Shown: positions 38,701 to 50,916 of the stretch, piece after piece
Layout: every line of letters begins with the position of its first letter
Position numbering within the stretch: the stretch's first letter is position 1
Assembly: GCA_043228905.1 (NCBI GenBank)
Contig: JBHGNT010000012.1
Coordinates: forward strand, 248,001-312,000
DNA from: Azolla caroliniana
Lineage: Eukaryota > Plantae > Polypodiophyta
Direction: 5' to 3'
DNA: 64,000 nt
Translations under genes and position numbers: made by a program
Notes under the pieces: model-generated
Told to the model about the DNA's origin: nothing
Database searches by the model: none
What the model saw: only the letters and a program-made list of their open reading frames with translations

Positions 38701-41700
38701 CGGCCGGAGATTTCGATTGACGAATAAACCCGCTTGCCAAGTTCTCCTCTATGTAGGCTCGAAGGACTTCTAACTCAGTGGGTGACAAGTTGTAGATTGG
38801 TCCCCATGGTGGCTCTGCTCCCGGTTGTAGATCGATGGGACAATCATAGGGACGATGATGAGGAAGAGTACCGGCTTTTACCTTGTCAAATACATCGGCC
38901 TAAGGATGATATTTCGCCGGAAGTTGTACTAAGGATTCTTCCTTAATAGTGCTGGAAGGATGTACTGATATGGCAAATAGGAACATTGCCTCCTTGTGTC
39001 CTTCTTCGCGTAGTTGACGTAGTGAAATGGTCGAAATTTGATGAGTAGATTCTTGGGGTTGTCGATGTCAGACTTCTCTTGTTCTCCAATCTATGTCTGG
39101 ATTATGTAGTTCAAACCAAGGTAATCCCAGGACAATGGGATGCTCTGGACTAACAATTATATTAAATGATACTACACACACAAAACTACCTAGGACAACC
39201 TGAATGGGTTCTGACTCTTCTAAAATATTCCGGAAGCAATGGGACAACCATCAATGACTACTACAGATGCGGGGCAAGGAAGTTTTCTTAAGGATATCTG
39301 AGAAGCTTGGGGAAAATTTCGATCCATGAAATAGGAATTAGCTCCGGAATCTAGAAGTGTTAGGACATGTACTAGGGTAGTACTTTTAGTACTAACCATG
39401 ACTTGGGCTAGGAACACGTTGCTAACTTGCTTAGAGGGAATGGAACCACTAATGGGTTGTACAAATCTAGGGCTGTCCAACCAAACGGCTCCTATTTTGG
39501 CTAGACTCAATCGTTTAACTCTTCATCTAATTGACTAAGGATTTCAAATTTGTTTGAGATACTTGGGCTATTAGTACTATTAATACTATCAAACACTCTA
39601 TTAGTACTATTAATACTATCAGACACTCCTAAGGGAAGAATTGACTCGGGTTTAGTACAGGCTACGATTTGATTTACCTGTCTTCTTGGCCTATGGGGAC
39701 AATTGATTGCGATATGCCTTGGTCCACCGCAATAAAGACATAACCGATTTGCATGTCGTCGTTACTTTTCTTCTTCCGATAACGGGCCACGTCGATGCAT
39801 GGTATCGATCTCCATCGGTATTGGAGTATTTTCTTGAGGTATGTCTCGTGCAAACGGTTTAGTCGCGACTGAGGCGTAAGTGGGCTCTGTCCTAGAGCGT
39901 GGTATTTGTAATTGACGTTCGAAACGTCGTTCGAAAAGGCGGTTGTCACATCGGACCGCTTGACAGATTGGCTCCGTAAGAGATTTTGGTTCTTTGGGTA
40001 AGGTTAAAAGTAAATCTTTTAGATCGTTTCGTAGGCCATAGGGAAACTGCTCCATTAGTGCCTGATCATCCTAGGGGTTATCTAAGGCGAGTAGACGAAA
40101 ATCCGCCGCGTAGGCAGAGGCTGGACGATTGCCTTGACGCAATCGTCGAATCTTGTTGATCGTCGTCCTGATGTTGTCGGTGTCTCCAAAGCAAGCTTTA
40201 AACTCACTAATAAAATCTTCAAAGTTATTAAGCAAGGGCGATTGTTTTTCTAGAAGCGGAGCGAACCATGCTAAGTCTGAGCCGCTAAGCAACGTGCCTA
40301 TTAGGCTGACTCGGGATGCATCAGTGGGGTATCGGGAAGGATGCATTTGGATGACTAATCGTACCTGATTAAGGAATCCCCTGAATTGCGATCGTGTTCC
40401 ATCAAATTGCACAGGAAGTCCAATCTTCGGCTCTTTATGAAATCCTTGGGGACTTGATCCTTGTTGCAATGCTGCTTCGAGTTGTTGTACCCGTAACGCT
40501 AACTCCCCATGTTGTTGCTGCGTTTGTTGTTTTTCTAGAGCGATTTGTTGCAGATCCCCTATCAGCCGTTGGTTTTCTTGTTCCAAGGCAACAAATTTTT
40601 CTTTTAGGCATTGTAACTCGGAGAAAACGGATTGATATTCTTGGGCGCTAACAGTAGCCATAGTATAGGGAAAAGGGTAAGAGGATGAGGGAGAACGACA
40701 AGTAGGCTTGAGGAGAAATTTGGTTCAAACTGTCAGGAATAGTACTAAAGCAGAGAGAGAATTAGTACTAAAGCAGAGAGAGAATTAGTACTAAAGAAGA
40801 GAAGTACTATTAGTACTAAGAGGACGGGATTGCGTAAGATTCCCGAGAGAGAAAGAGAGAAGAGGAGAGAGAGATAGCGAGGATGATAACAACTAATATA
40901 TTATGTGAAGGATAAGTACAAAGTGGCTAAGAGGCTTAAGACTGGCGTTGAACCAATTTGGTTCAAAACAATGCCTTGTGCCTCCTTTTATAGTGGTCTC
41001 AAGAGTAGTCTTGAAACTTCTAGAATGTTCAAGAGAAATCTGGAATATACATTAATTTCTTATAATAAAGCATAAATGAAAATAATATTTTATGAATTAC
41101 AATAGATGGTGTGATGGTTAAGAGCTTGACCTATATACCATAAGGTCATGGGTTCGAGTCTTGCCATATCATGACAGTCATCGTGTGGGTTCTGATTCGT
41201 ATACCGGGGTCGTTTTTCTTGGCACCTTCGCTCATTACGGCGAGGTGGGCATTGTGTTTCCACGCTTCGTACTGTGGGCGTGGATCTGTTCAACATATTG
41301 TACTCACACTGCTCGACCGTGTGAGCTTTCGAGAGACAAATTGGGTAGTGGATTCGCATGTTGCATTCCACTGTGGAATGCCTAGAATTGAGGCATATCG
41401 TGCATTGGATTGCGTATCGAAAATGTCGTTCCTCGTCCTGAGGTAATGCTTGCCGTAATGAGGACATGGAAAACCTTTCCTCTTCTTCGTCCAGCTCGAG
41501 CTATAGCGCTCGTTCTATGACCATATCAGTTGTTTCTCCTTTCACGCTATTGTTGTTGAGCGGCATCTGTATCAGTCATCGTAAAGTTGCCAGAAATGTC
41601 TCCCGAGCCTCGTCCTCTATCGGGCCTCGTTCTAATTTCCGCCGTAGATTTTGGAAGTGTAAACTGAAATCCGCTACAATCTCAGCCGGCAACTGTTTAA

Positions 41701-42744
41701 TTGTATAAAACTACCCGAGGATTTCGCGTTGTGGCACCCTCCGATGAAAGAAACACAAAAAGGCCAACTGCAGCTGGTTGAAGGTCATGATTGCTAGCAG
41801 ATCCATCTACAAATGCCAAAACGCCGCTCTCCCATCCAGCATTAATCCAAACTATGTCATTTTGGACTGGTGCGCTACTTCTTCGGGAAGTTTCTGCGCC
41901 ATGTGATTTGCATTCCAAACATTCAGGAACAGGCGAATGTGGGTTGCAGCGTCGGTTTCGCCGTTGAAGCGGGGATAAGAGAAGGCCATGATGGACGTTA
42001 TGGCAGGCAGGGAAAGACCACAGTGCTTCAGTGGCGACCACACTTCCTACTTGTCGCCGGGGTATTTGGTGAGCGGGAAAACGTCTTTGTGGTCCCGACA
42101 AGTATCATTGAGGTCACTGAGGCGAGGTTTTTATTGTGCGCGTTCCTCTGCCTGGCGTGTGATGGACCTTGTGATTGTTCGGTCTTGTCGTGTTGGTTCT
42201 TTGGGACATCTGTAGCTAAACATCCATTCGTCGTTGTTCATTTGTGAAAAGACACAAATCACCAAGCGTGCCAAAAGTGTTACCGATTAGGAACACGGTC
42301 TACGGTCAGTCCTTCGACCTAGACCTCAAAGTGACTGCGTTGCAATGAATGGTACCATCATACCGTAATACTTAATGGGATACCTCCCCGTATCCTAGTA
42401 GCGTATAAGGGAGACAGCTACAACCGAACTCCTTAGACAATGCACTAGTAACAACACTTACACTCACGCCTACGCCCTTACGATTACAATACGCCACCAA
42501 GAATCACAGACACACAGTAGATTAACCACAAATATGCACATGAATCAGAGAAGATAGTACTCTATTAAGATAATGCTCTATGCACCCAAATTTACACGCT
42601 ACCTCTTACAAAGGATTTCTGCCCTTTATATACACATGGTCTTTTAGCCGTTCACGCTTCCCGCGTGAACTGTTACATGCGTTACGTTTTTACTATATTC
42701 TATATTTCTGCGCCCCTGTCCGTCGGTTACTATTCCGGCGAACA
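29734..42744 (-). mobile_element. Non-chromovirus Ty3/gypsy element (OTA/Phygy/Selgy-type), 3'-truncated and decayed; 5' LTR 42278-42744; gag split by a nested element; extra ORF after integrase
   Basis: PBS cttt-TGGCACGC; gag YPRFNGETDAATHIRLF; CCHC CFICQQPGHYVMQCP; protease VIDG; RT CVDYRKLN / VFLDDF; RH; integrase HCGTAGGH...WGLDFVGP...YYPQANG; no 3' LTR found. Confidence 0.88.
35544..41176 (-). mobile_element. Tcn1-like chromovirus (Ty3/gypsy), full length but decayed; LTRs 35544-35966 and 40731-41176; TSD GTCAT
   Basis: GTCAT at 35539-35543 and 41177-41181; gag EPKIGLPVQFDGTRSQFRGFLNQ; LDSGA protease; YLDD RT; EADASDFALG RH; SICLDFITDLP integrase; chromodomain EYEVAAILDSK...YLVDW...TWEP; PPT aagggggggatag. 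Confidence 0.92.
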
Positions 42745-43897
42745 ACAATCATGGGCATCGAATGTGCCGACTGGTTTCTTTTTCGACTTGGCACTTGAGC
42801 TTTTGGAAGTGGGAGAGCACTTCACTCTTCTTCTTCATCAGGAAGATCCACGTGTAGCGCGAGTAGTCGTCGATGAAGGTGACGTAGTACCAACATCCGC
42901 TGATCGTCGACATTTGAGCCGGTTCCCATACATCCGAATGTATGGGAGGAGGCCTTTGGATACGTTGCTCTCCTTCAGGAATGGGAGTCAATGTTGTTGG
43001 CGAGTTGACATGCTTTGCACACTTGGTCAACTTGTTTCGACTCGAATGCCGGAAGTCCGATGACGAGTAGTGGCGGGCCTCGTTTGCTGAGCTTGTTCAG
43101 CATGGAAGCTCCCCCTTCTTCTGAAGGTTCCTAGATGGCTTCCATCTTCTTGTCAAAGGTTTGAGTTCCCTTCATGAGGTGGGCCAAATCAACCTCTTCT
43201 ACCACCTCGACCTCATCCTCGTCCTCGGCCACCATCCGAATTCAAGAAGAACATTTGTCCTTCCAACTTCTTGGTCTTGGTTCAACGTGGTTCTCTTCGA
43301 CCAATACCATTGATTGAAGGTCGAAAAACAAATGAGGGTTTTCTCTCGCTAGGATAGTTGTGCTTATTGGGTCGAACCGATGTGCAAGGCCACCCAAGCA
43401 TACTTGAACCATCTCATCTTCGTTGACGTTTACGTTGATGGAGCCAAGCGAGTCGCAAATGCTCTTGATCTTGGCGGTGTAGTCCGACACGAGCATATCT
43501 TTTTGTTGTATGTTGTTCAATTCTTGTCGGAGTTGAAGCTTGCAGGTAGTCGTGTTGGCAGTGAAAATTTTCTTTAAGTTCGCCCACTCTTCTTTAGGCG
43601 TCTTGGCATGGTCGTGGACACATGTTGCCAAGCAATACATTACCCAACTCGCTCCTTGCTCCCACGTTGGGTAGTAGGCGTTTGTGATGTCGGGTTTGTT
43701 TTCAAGTGCACCGGTGATGTAACTCCAATACCCTTGGCTGACTAGGTATTGGTTCATCTTGTACACCCAAGATAAATAATTACTCCGGTCTAGCTTTTCA
43801 CAAGGGAGCGAGCTACCCATTTGTGTGTTCATGTTGATGTAGTGTCTTCCTTCTTAGCTTTTCTTCCTTTGGTCATGTACACGTGCTACGTAGCAGC

Positions 43898-46800
43898 TAT
43901 TATAGATCTAAGTACTAAAGTAAGCTTAAGATAAGGATAAAGTAATAATAGATAGAAAGGAGAAAGAGAAAGAAGGGTGCCGATCCACCCGACCACCCCC
44001 GAGCGAAGGGATCGAGACGGACTCGAGCCTCGATCGGCGTCCCATACCACCGCCGTGGCGTCGAGTCGTACCTGGTGCTGGCGCGCTCGCTACAAGAGTT
44101 GACCCACCACACGAGCAGAGTCTCGATGTAGTCAAAAGATGATCAAATGAGGGTAGCTAGGCCTCTTATTTATAGCGATACCCAAGGCCCCCAGGCAAGT
44201 TCACACTTGACCTAATGGGTTGTCTCAATCCCGAGGATTAAAAGTAATCCTCCCCTTCTTTACACTCTCGTTTAACCCTCACACTTATCCACGTGTATAG
44301 AATACTACGGTAAATTCTTACCACGGGATATTATATGGTCATGCCCGTAACATACTCCCCCTCTTTAAAACATTGCACTCTTGCAATGGAAAGTTAGGGA
44401 AGTTAGTTCTAAGAGTATTTTCGCGTTCCCATGTGGCATCTTTTATAGATTTATCCATCCATTTTATTTTAAATTCTCGGATTTCTTTAGTACGTAATTT
44501 TTTTGTTTTAACATCGAGAATTCTTTCTGGTACATGTGGTTTAGAAGATATTTCTTCAGAAGTAACCAGAGTTTCAGTCGTAATTGTATTGTCGCAAGAA
44601 CCTAGAAGTTCTTTTAGACGACTCACATGAAAGACTGGATGAATTCCGACACCATCGGGAAGAGCGAGACGATAGGCTGATGACCCAATGCGTTTGAGGA
44701 CTGTAAAAGGTCCACAAAACCGTGGGGCTAACTTAGCGCACTTACCCGTAGACAATGTCTTAGAATTGTGAGGTACACGTAAAAATACCTTCTGTCCAGG
44801 GTTGAATACACGAGGTTGCCTATGATGATCGGCATAAAAACGCGCTCTATCTTGAGCTGTTTTTATATTATCTCGTGCAATATGCAACATATCTTGCATA
44901 TCCCGAAGAAAGTTTTGCGTACTTCGCAACTCATCATGATGTATATTAACATCAATCGGGGCTCGTGGCTGAAAACCATACATCAACATAAAAGGACTAT
45001 ATCCCGTCGACGTATGCTTGGAGCTGTTATAAGCAAACTCCAAAATTGGGAGATAACGTTCCCATTTTGTTGGTTTTGCACCAACGTATGCTCGAAGCAT
45101 GTCCTCAATAATTTGATTTACTCGTTCTGTCTGTCCATCGGATTGAGGATGATCCGTGGAGCTCATGCTCAACGTAGTTTCTAACTTCTTAAAGACTTGC
45201 GTCCAGAAGTCACTAGTAAACTTTGGATCTCGATCACTCACGATATCCATCGGTAACCCATAAAAACGAAACAATTCGTCAACGAATTGGTAAGCCAGTT
45301 CAGGAGTTGTTACCGTGGTTTTAGTAGCAATAAATCTGGCCATTTTAGTTAGTCGATCAACGACAACCCAGATGGCATCATGACCTTTTTGGGTGCGAGG
45401 AAGGCTAACAATAAAATCCATGGATATACTTTCCCACTTATTACTGGGAATGTCCAAGGGATGTAAAAGTCCTGCGGCTTTAAGTCGCTCGGCTTTGTTA
45501 ACCTGACACTGGTGACATTTAGTCACATAGCTATGTATGTCAGGACGCATCTTAGGCCAATAAAATTGAGTGGAGATGAGAACGAGTGTACGATGTATTC
45601 CAGGGTGCCCTGCTGAGGGTGCATCATGGCATTCAAAAAGAATCCTCTTTTTGACCTCGGGTAAATCTAGAACACAAACCTTCCCATTACGGTAGAGCAA
45701 ACCGTTAGCAATGTGGAAGTATTCCTTCAAGGATGTGGTGGTGTCTGTTCCAGACTCAACTCTTGCCCAGTATTTTGCGAAATAACTGTCATCAGGATAC
45801 TTTCCTCGAAGGTGATCATAAAGATCTGATGATATTTCAGTGAAGCTAAGCGTGTTAACTTCACGGATGCGACTTAGTGCATCAGCGACAATGTTCATGG
45901 AACCTTTACGATATCGTATGGAAAAATCAAAGTCCTGGATGAGATCAGCCCATCGTGCCTTACGACCTTTCAGGTCTTGTTGGTCACAAAAATATTTCAA
46001 GGACTCGTGGTCCGTAGTTACCACAAAGCGATTTCCATAAAGATAATGGCACCATGTTTTGAGCGCATGTATAACTGCAAATAATTCCTTTTCTTGATCG
46101 GTATACCGACATTGAGCAGAATCAAGTTTCTTACTCTCGAACGCTATTGGTTTACCATCTTGATATAAGACAGCACCTATAGCATAATCGCTCGCATCGG
46201 TTTCAACCTCAAAAGGTTTTGAAGGATCAGGTAAAAGAAGTGAAGGAGCCTTGCAAACTAGGTCCTTGAGTTCCTTAAAGGCGAGGTCTAGTGTACCATT
46301 CCACACAATAGGTTTTGTAGACTTACGTGTTTGACCTTTTAAAAGATCAGTAAACGGTGTCGTCAATTGGGAGTAATTACGAAGAGACTTTCGCAAAAAC
46401 CCGACAAAACCAAGGAATGATCAAACTTCTCGAATATTCCGAAGAGTGGGCCAAAGCTTGATTTTCTCAGTGCGAGAAGGATCAATTTCAACTCCTCGTT
46501 CGGTTATGAGATGTCCTAGATAAGTAATTGATTTCTTGAAGAACTCACATTTTGAGATCTTTGCATAAAACTGTTTGTCACGCAATGTTTGTAAAACAAA
46601 GCGGACATGTCTAGCATGTTCTTGTAATGTACGGCTATAAACTAAAATATCATCCAAGAAAATAACGACAAATCTTCCAAGTTGTTCTCGGAAAATGTCA
46701 TTCATTTCTTGTTGAAAAGTAGCCGGAGCATTGGTCAAACCAAAAGGCATAACCAAAAACTCGTAATGGCCATAGCGCGTACAAAATGCCGTTTTAGGAA

Positions 46801-49800
46801 CATCGTCCTCACTTATTCGTATTTGATGGTAGCCAGTACGGAGATCAAGTTTCGTAAAATACCGAGCTCCTTGGAGACGGTCAATTAGATCGTCAGCCCG
46901 GGGCAATGGGTATGAATTCTTGATCGTCACTTTATTCAAGCGTCGGTAATTAATACACATACGCCATGTGCCCTCTTTCTTTTTAACCAAGAGAACTGGT
47001 GCACCCCATGGAGATTTACTATAACGTATATAACCCATTCGTAAATAGTCCTTGAGTTGCTTAGATACCTCATCTTCTTCGGATCGACTTAAGCGATACG
47101 GAGGTATACTTATTGGTGCAACACCAAGTACAATATCTATACGATGGTCTATATTACGTTTAGGAGGTAACCCATCAGGTAGTTCACTTGGAAAAACATC
47201 ATGAAAATCATTTAAGATTTCATCAAGTTGTTGTTGTTCAAAATATGATAATTGAACCGGGACATTATTGATATTGTAAACGTGAATGTCCGGATCAAGT
47301 ACACAATAAAATAACGTAGAACAAGACAACTCGGATATTGATGGACACGAGGAAACAATCGAGAGGGATTGTTTTTTTACACATTGAATAAATTGCGTAC
47401 AATCGTTCAGTACAAAAGAAATGGAATGGTGAACCCAATCAATAAATAAAGAAGAGTTTTTATTATAAAACCAGGGATAACCCAGTATTACATCAGTGGT
47501 ACACAGATTCATTACATGGAAGTCTACTTCCTCTATATAAGTATCAATAGAAATTCCTAACGAATGAATCGCCCCGTTGATGTATTGTACTCTTCCATCA
47601 GCCAAGTGCACCGTGTAGGTGTGATCACTTACGGTGGGTTGGATTCCCCATATCTGAACCAAACGATCATTCACAAAATTGTGTGAGCTTCCCGAATCAA
47701 ATAAAAATTGTACGGGAGATCCATTGATATACCCGTTTGCACGTAGTAAATCATTGGGACCCAATACATAGTGAGGGAAAGAACATTGACAATTACTTAA
47801 ATGATGTGTATAGACCTGAAGGACATTAGGAATCTGACCTTTATGGTCTACAGCTTTAGCTTTGTTGTCGTGCTCTTTCCGTTGGAGCTTTCGACATTGA
47901 TCTTTTGTATGACCCTTCTTTTTGCAGAATACACAAAAAGGATGTTGTCGCTTACAATCGCGATCCAAGAATTCGTTGGGTGTCTTGCGTTTCCCAACAA
48001 ATTGCGACTGCTTAGTCCCGGGCGCTTCGTTGGGTTTGTTATGGTCCTTCTTCGAAGTGCGTTGATAGCGAAGAACTATTTCAACGGCCTCTTCGAAGGA
48101 TTTTGGATCCTTATCGTGCACTATCCAGTGATAGTCCGAATTGGGGATGCCATTGATAAAACAAGCTATCAACCAATTGTCCCCTTCTAGACCCGATTTT
48201 TGGATTTGGGTTCTAGCATGGTGAACATAGTCTTCTAGCGAGGAAAATTTCCTGCTAGAGAGGTTCATTAAAGCTTGTGCTGCCTCGGTTTGAGAGGGAG
48301 GTTGCAGAAATTGGCCCTTAAAAACCGTGACAAAATTTGTCCAGGTATCGGGCAATTTCCCCATAGTATGGAGCCCACGCCACCAGGCGGCGGCCTTACC
48401 CCCGAGTTCTCGGCCGACATATGCAATCTTCGTACTATCTGGCGTGGGATAGAGCTCAAAATGAGACTCCCATCGTCCCAGCCATGTGCAGATTGCTTCT
48501 TCGGTTCTTTCCTTTTTGTCTCCCGTAAATGGCTTAATGACAAATGATATTTCACCTTGTCGCTCATCAGGTCTATTAGTCTCACGTTGTAGACTAATGA
48601 CACGTGCCTCAAGAGCACTCTGAGATTGCCGAAGTTCGGTCATTTGTTGAGCGGTGAAACTGAGGTATTGGGTTATTTGTGCCAAATACATCTCAGTGGA
48701 CATTTGTCCAGGAGGATTCCCTTGAGTTCCTTCCGCTTGAGCGGATGACATGGGGTCGTTAATTTGAGCCATTAAAGATTATTTCTGGAAAAGAAATAGG
48801 ACAAGGTCAGAAATATAGTCATAACATCATGTCGTGATGTAAACATATCATGGGCGAGCATTAATCGATATCATTATCTCACGTCAATACCCCTCTAGAC
48901 GTATGAGATGAGGTTCAAGATCAGGTTACTATGGTAACACAAAGGTGTTTTAAAAACCATGGGGGTGACAAATAAATGTCTTTCCCTGATCTCTATATCG
49001 ATTTTTTCATGGTGGCTCCCCGAGGCTCAACCATGTATGTTCGCGTCATGAATTGTTTATACACAAAAAAAATGTTAATAATAAACTATGTTTCGGTGCC
49101 CACATATGTGGTTTCGGCTCTTTAAGTCCTATTACGAGGACCCCGAGGTGCACTTAGACCTTAAGTCTAAACATGTGTTATAGTCATATGTATCAAGGAT
49201 GTTGTATGGTCTTGGTCATATTTGAACTCGAGACCTCGAGAACAAATACATTAAACACTTGAGGCAACCAAGTAAGTTGCTCTTCTCGAATGCTTAATGT
49301 TTGATGCGTATAAGAGATATGCGAGGCAATTGATCATATATGGTTTTTTTTTTAAAAGAACATATATGTCAAGGGTCCTTATTTCTCCCTCATTTACCAA
49401 AACTATGTTGGTACGTTACCTAACCTCAAGTCTCGTAATTACGATGGCATACGCCAAAGTGCAACCTAATGGTCAAGCCAAATGAGCCCTCGTTTTGTAG
49501 TAGGTTCACGTGGGCCATCACATGGTCACGTCATTACGAATGCCTCTCGTAAGAACGAGCTCATGGTGGCATCGTATCCATGTAACGAGGGAGGGATGTT
49601 GGATACGTGCGTCATTGGAGCGACCTCACTTGAAGTGGGTCAAGCCCTACGTACTCAACATCATTTTGGCTATTGGCGTTTCTTTACGTAACGAAATCGA
49701 GGTCGTCAACGGGGTTATCAACAATAAAAAAATGTTGAAAAAGGGATGGTGACAACGCCATTCTCACAAAAATGTGAGGACGGCCACCAACATCCTTTTC

Positions 49801-50916
49801 CCGACAAGGACAACTTTCGATATAATCACGTAATAACGAATATACACATATGTTTACTTATCACATATATACGATCAAATACGTATATATGTGACCACAT
49901 ATGCCTATATTAAACATATCGTTATATTAAATAGCCACAAATGATGTGATCGAGATACGTAATCGAGGTATATACCTCTACGCACACGAAACATCCACAA
50001 ATAAGAGATCATCGTAATACGCAATTGAGGTATTGACCTCTTACGCATACGAGACCAACCGCATATCGTTTACTACAAATCAACAACTCATACGCAAACG
50101 TAACATATGTTCGTGAACGTAATACGTAATTGAGGTATTAACCTCGTACGCATACGACACTCATTACATATTATTAATATGTCAAACGAGGTATTGACCT
50201 TGTGCACATATGTAAACGTTTTAGATAATCAATTAAAGACCACTACAACATCATTGACTTAATGAAAAAAAATGACATATTATAAACTAAACACATGATT
50301 AGATGGGAGAAGAGAGAATAGAAAAAAAATTCTGGAAAGAGTTACCGAAGTTCTTTGTTGATCGTTGTCTGGATCAAGGCCGACCGCACATCGATCGATC
50401 AGCATCAATCAAAAGACAAATGAAAAACAAAGAAACATTAGTACATAAATCTGATACCAAATATTATAGATCTAAGTACTAAAGTAAGCTTAAGATAAGG
50501 ATAAAGTAATAATAGATAGAAAGGAGAAAGAGAAAGAAGGGTGTCGATCCACCCGACCACCCCCGAGCGAAGGGATCGAGACGGACTCGAGCCTCGATCG
50601 GCGTCCCATACCACCGCCGTGGCGTCGAGTCGTACCTGGTGCTGGCGCGCTCGCTACAAGAGTTGACCCACCACACGAGCAAAGTCTTGATGTAGTCAAA
50701 AGATGATCAAATGAGGGTAGCTAGGCCTCTTATTTATAGCGATACCCAAGGCCCCCAGGCAAGTTCACACTTGACCTAATGGGTTGTCTCAATCCCGAGG
50801 ATTAAAAGTAATCCTCCCCTTCTTTACACTCTCGTTTAACCCTCACACTTATCCACGTGTATAGAATACTACGGTAAATTCTTACCACGGGATATTATAT
50901 GGTCATGCCCGTAACA
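43898..50916 (-). mobile_element. Young chromovirus (Ty3/gypsy): LTRs 43898-44352 and 50462-50916, TSD GCAGC, gag-pol 48772-44339 with one in-frame stop
   Basis: 455-bp LTRs with about 3 differences; PBS TGGTATCAGA; PPT aaagagggggagta; [41 protein letters not shown], chromodomain ERILD...KW...ATWE. Confidence 0.95.
44339..48772 (-). pseudogene. gag-pol polyprotein of the young chromovirus, interrupted by a single TGA at 46421-46423
   Basis: ORFs 48772-46421 and 46396-44339 share one frame: IREV*SFLGFVGF (usual VRSFLG, CGA to TGA). Confidence 0.9.

Noticed and set aside
43915-44135. Short ORFs repeated at 24890, 43915 and 50479
   Set aside because: They lie inside LTRs; the repetition reflects LTR identity
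49950-50210. CRISPR-like look of palindromic repeats with spacers
   Set aside because: Eukaryotic retrotransposon leader, degenerate repeats, irregular spacers, no cas genes
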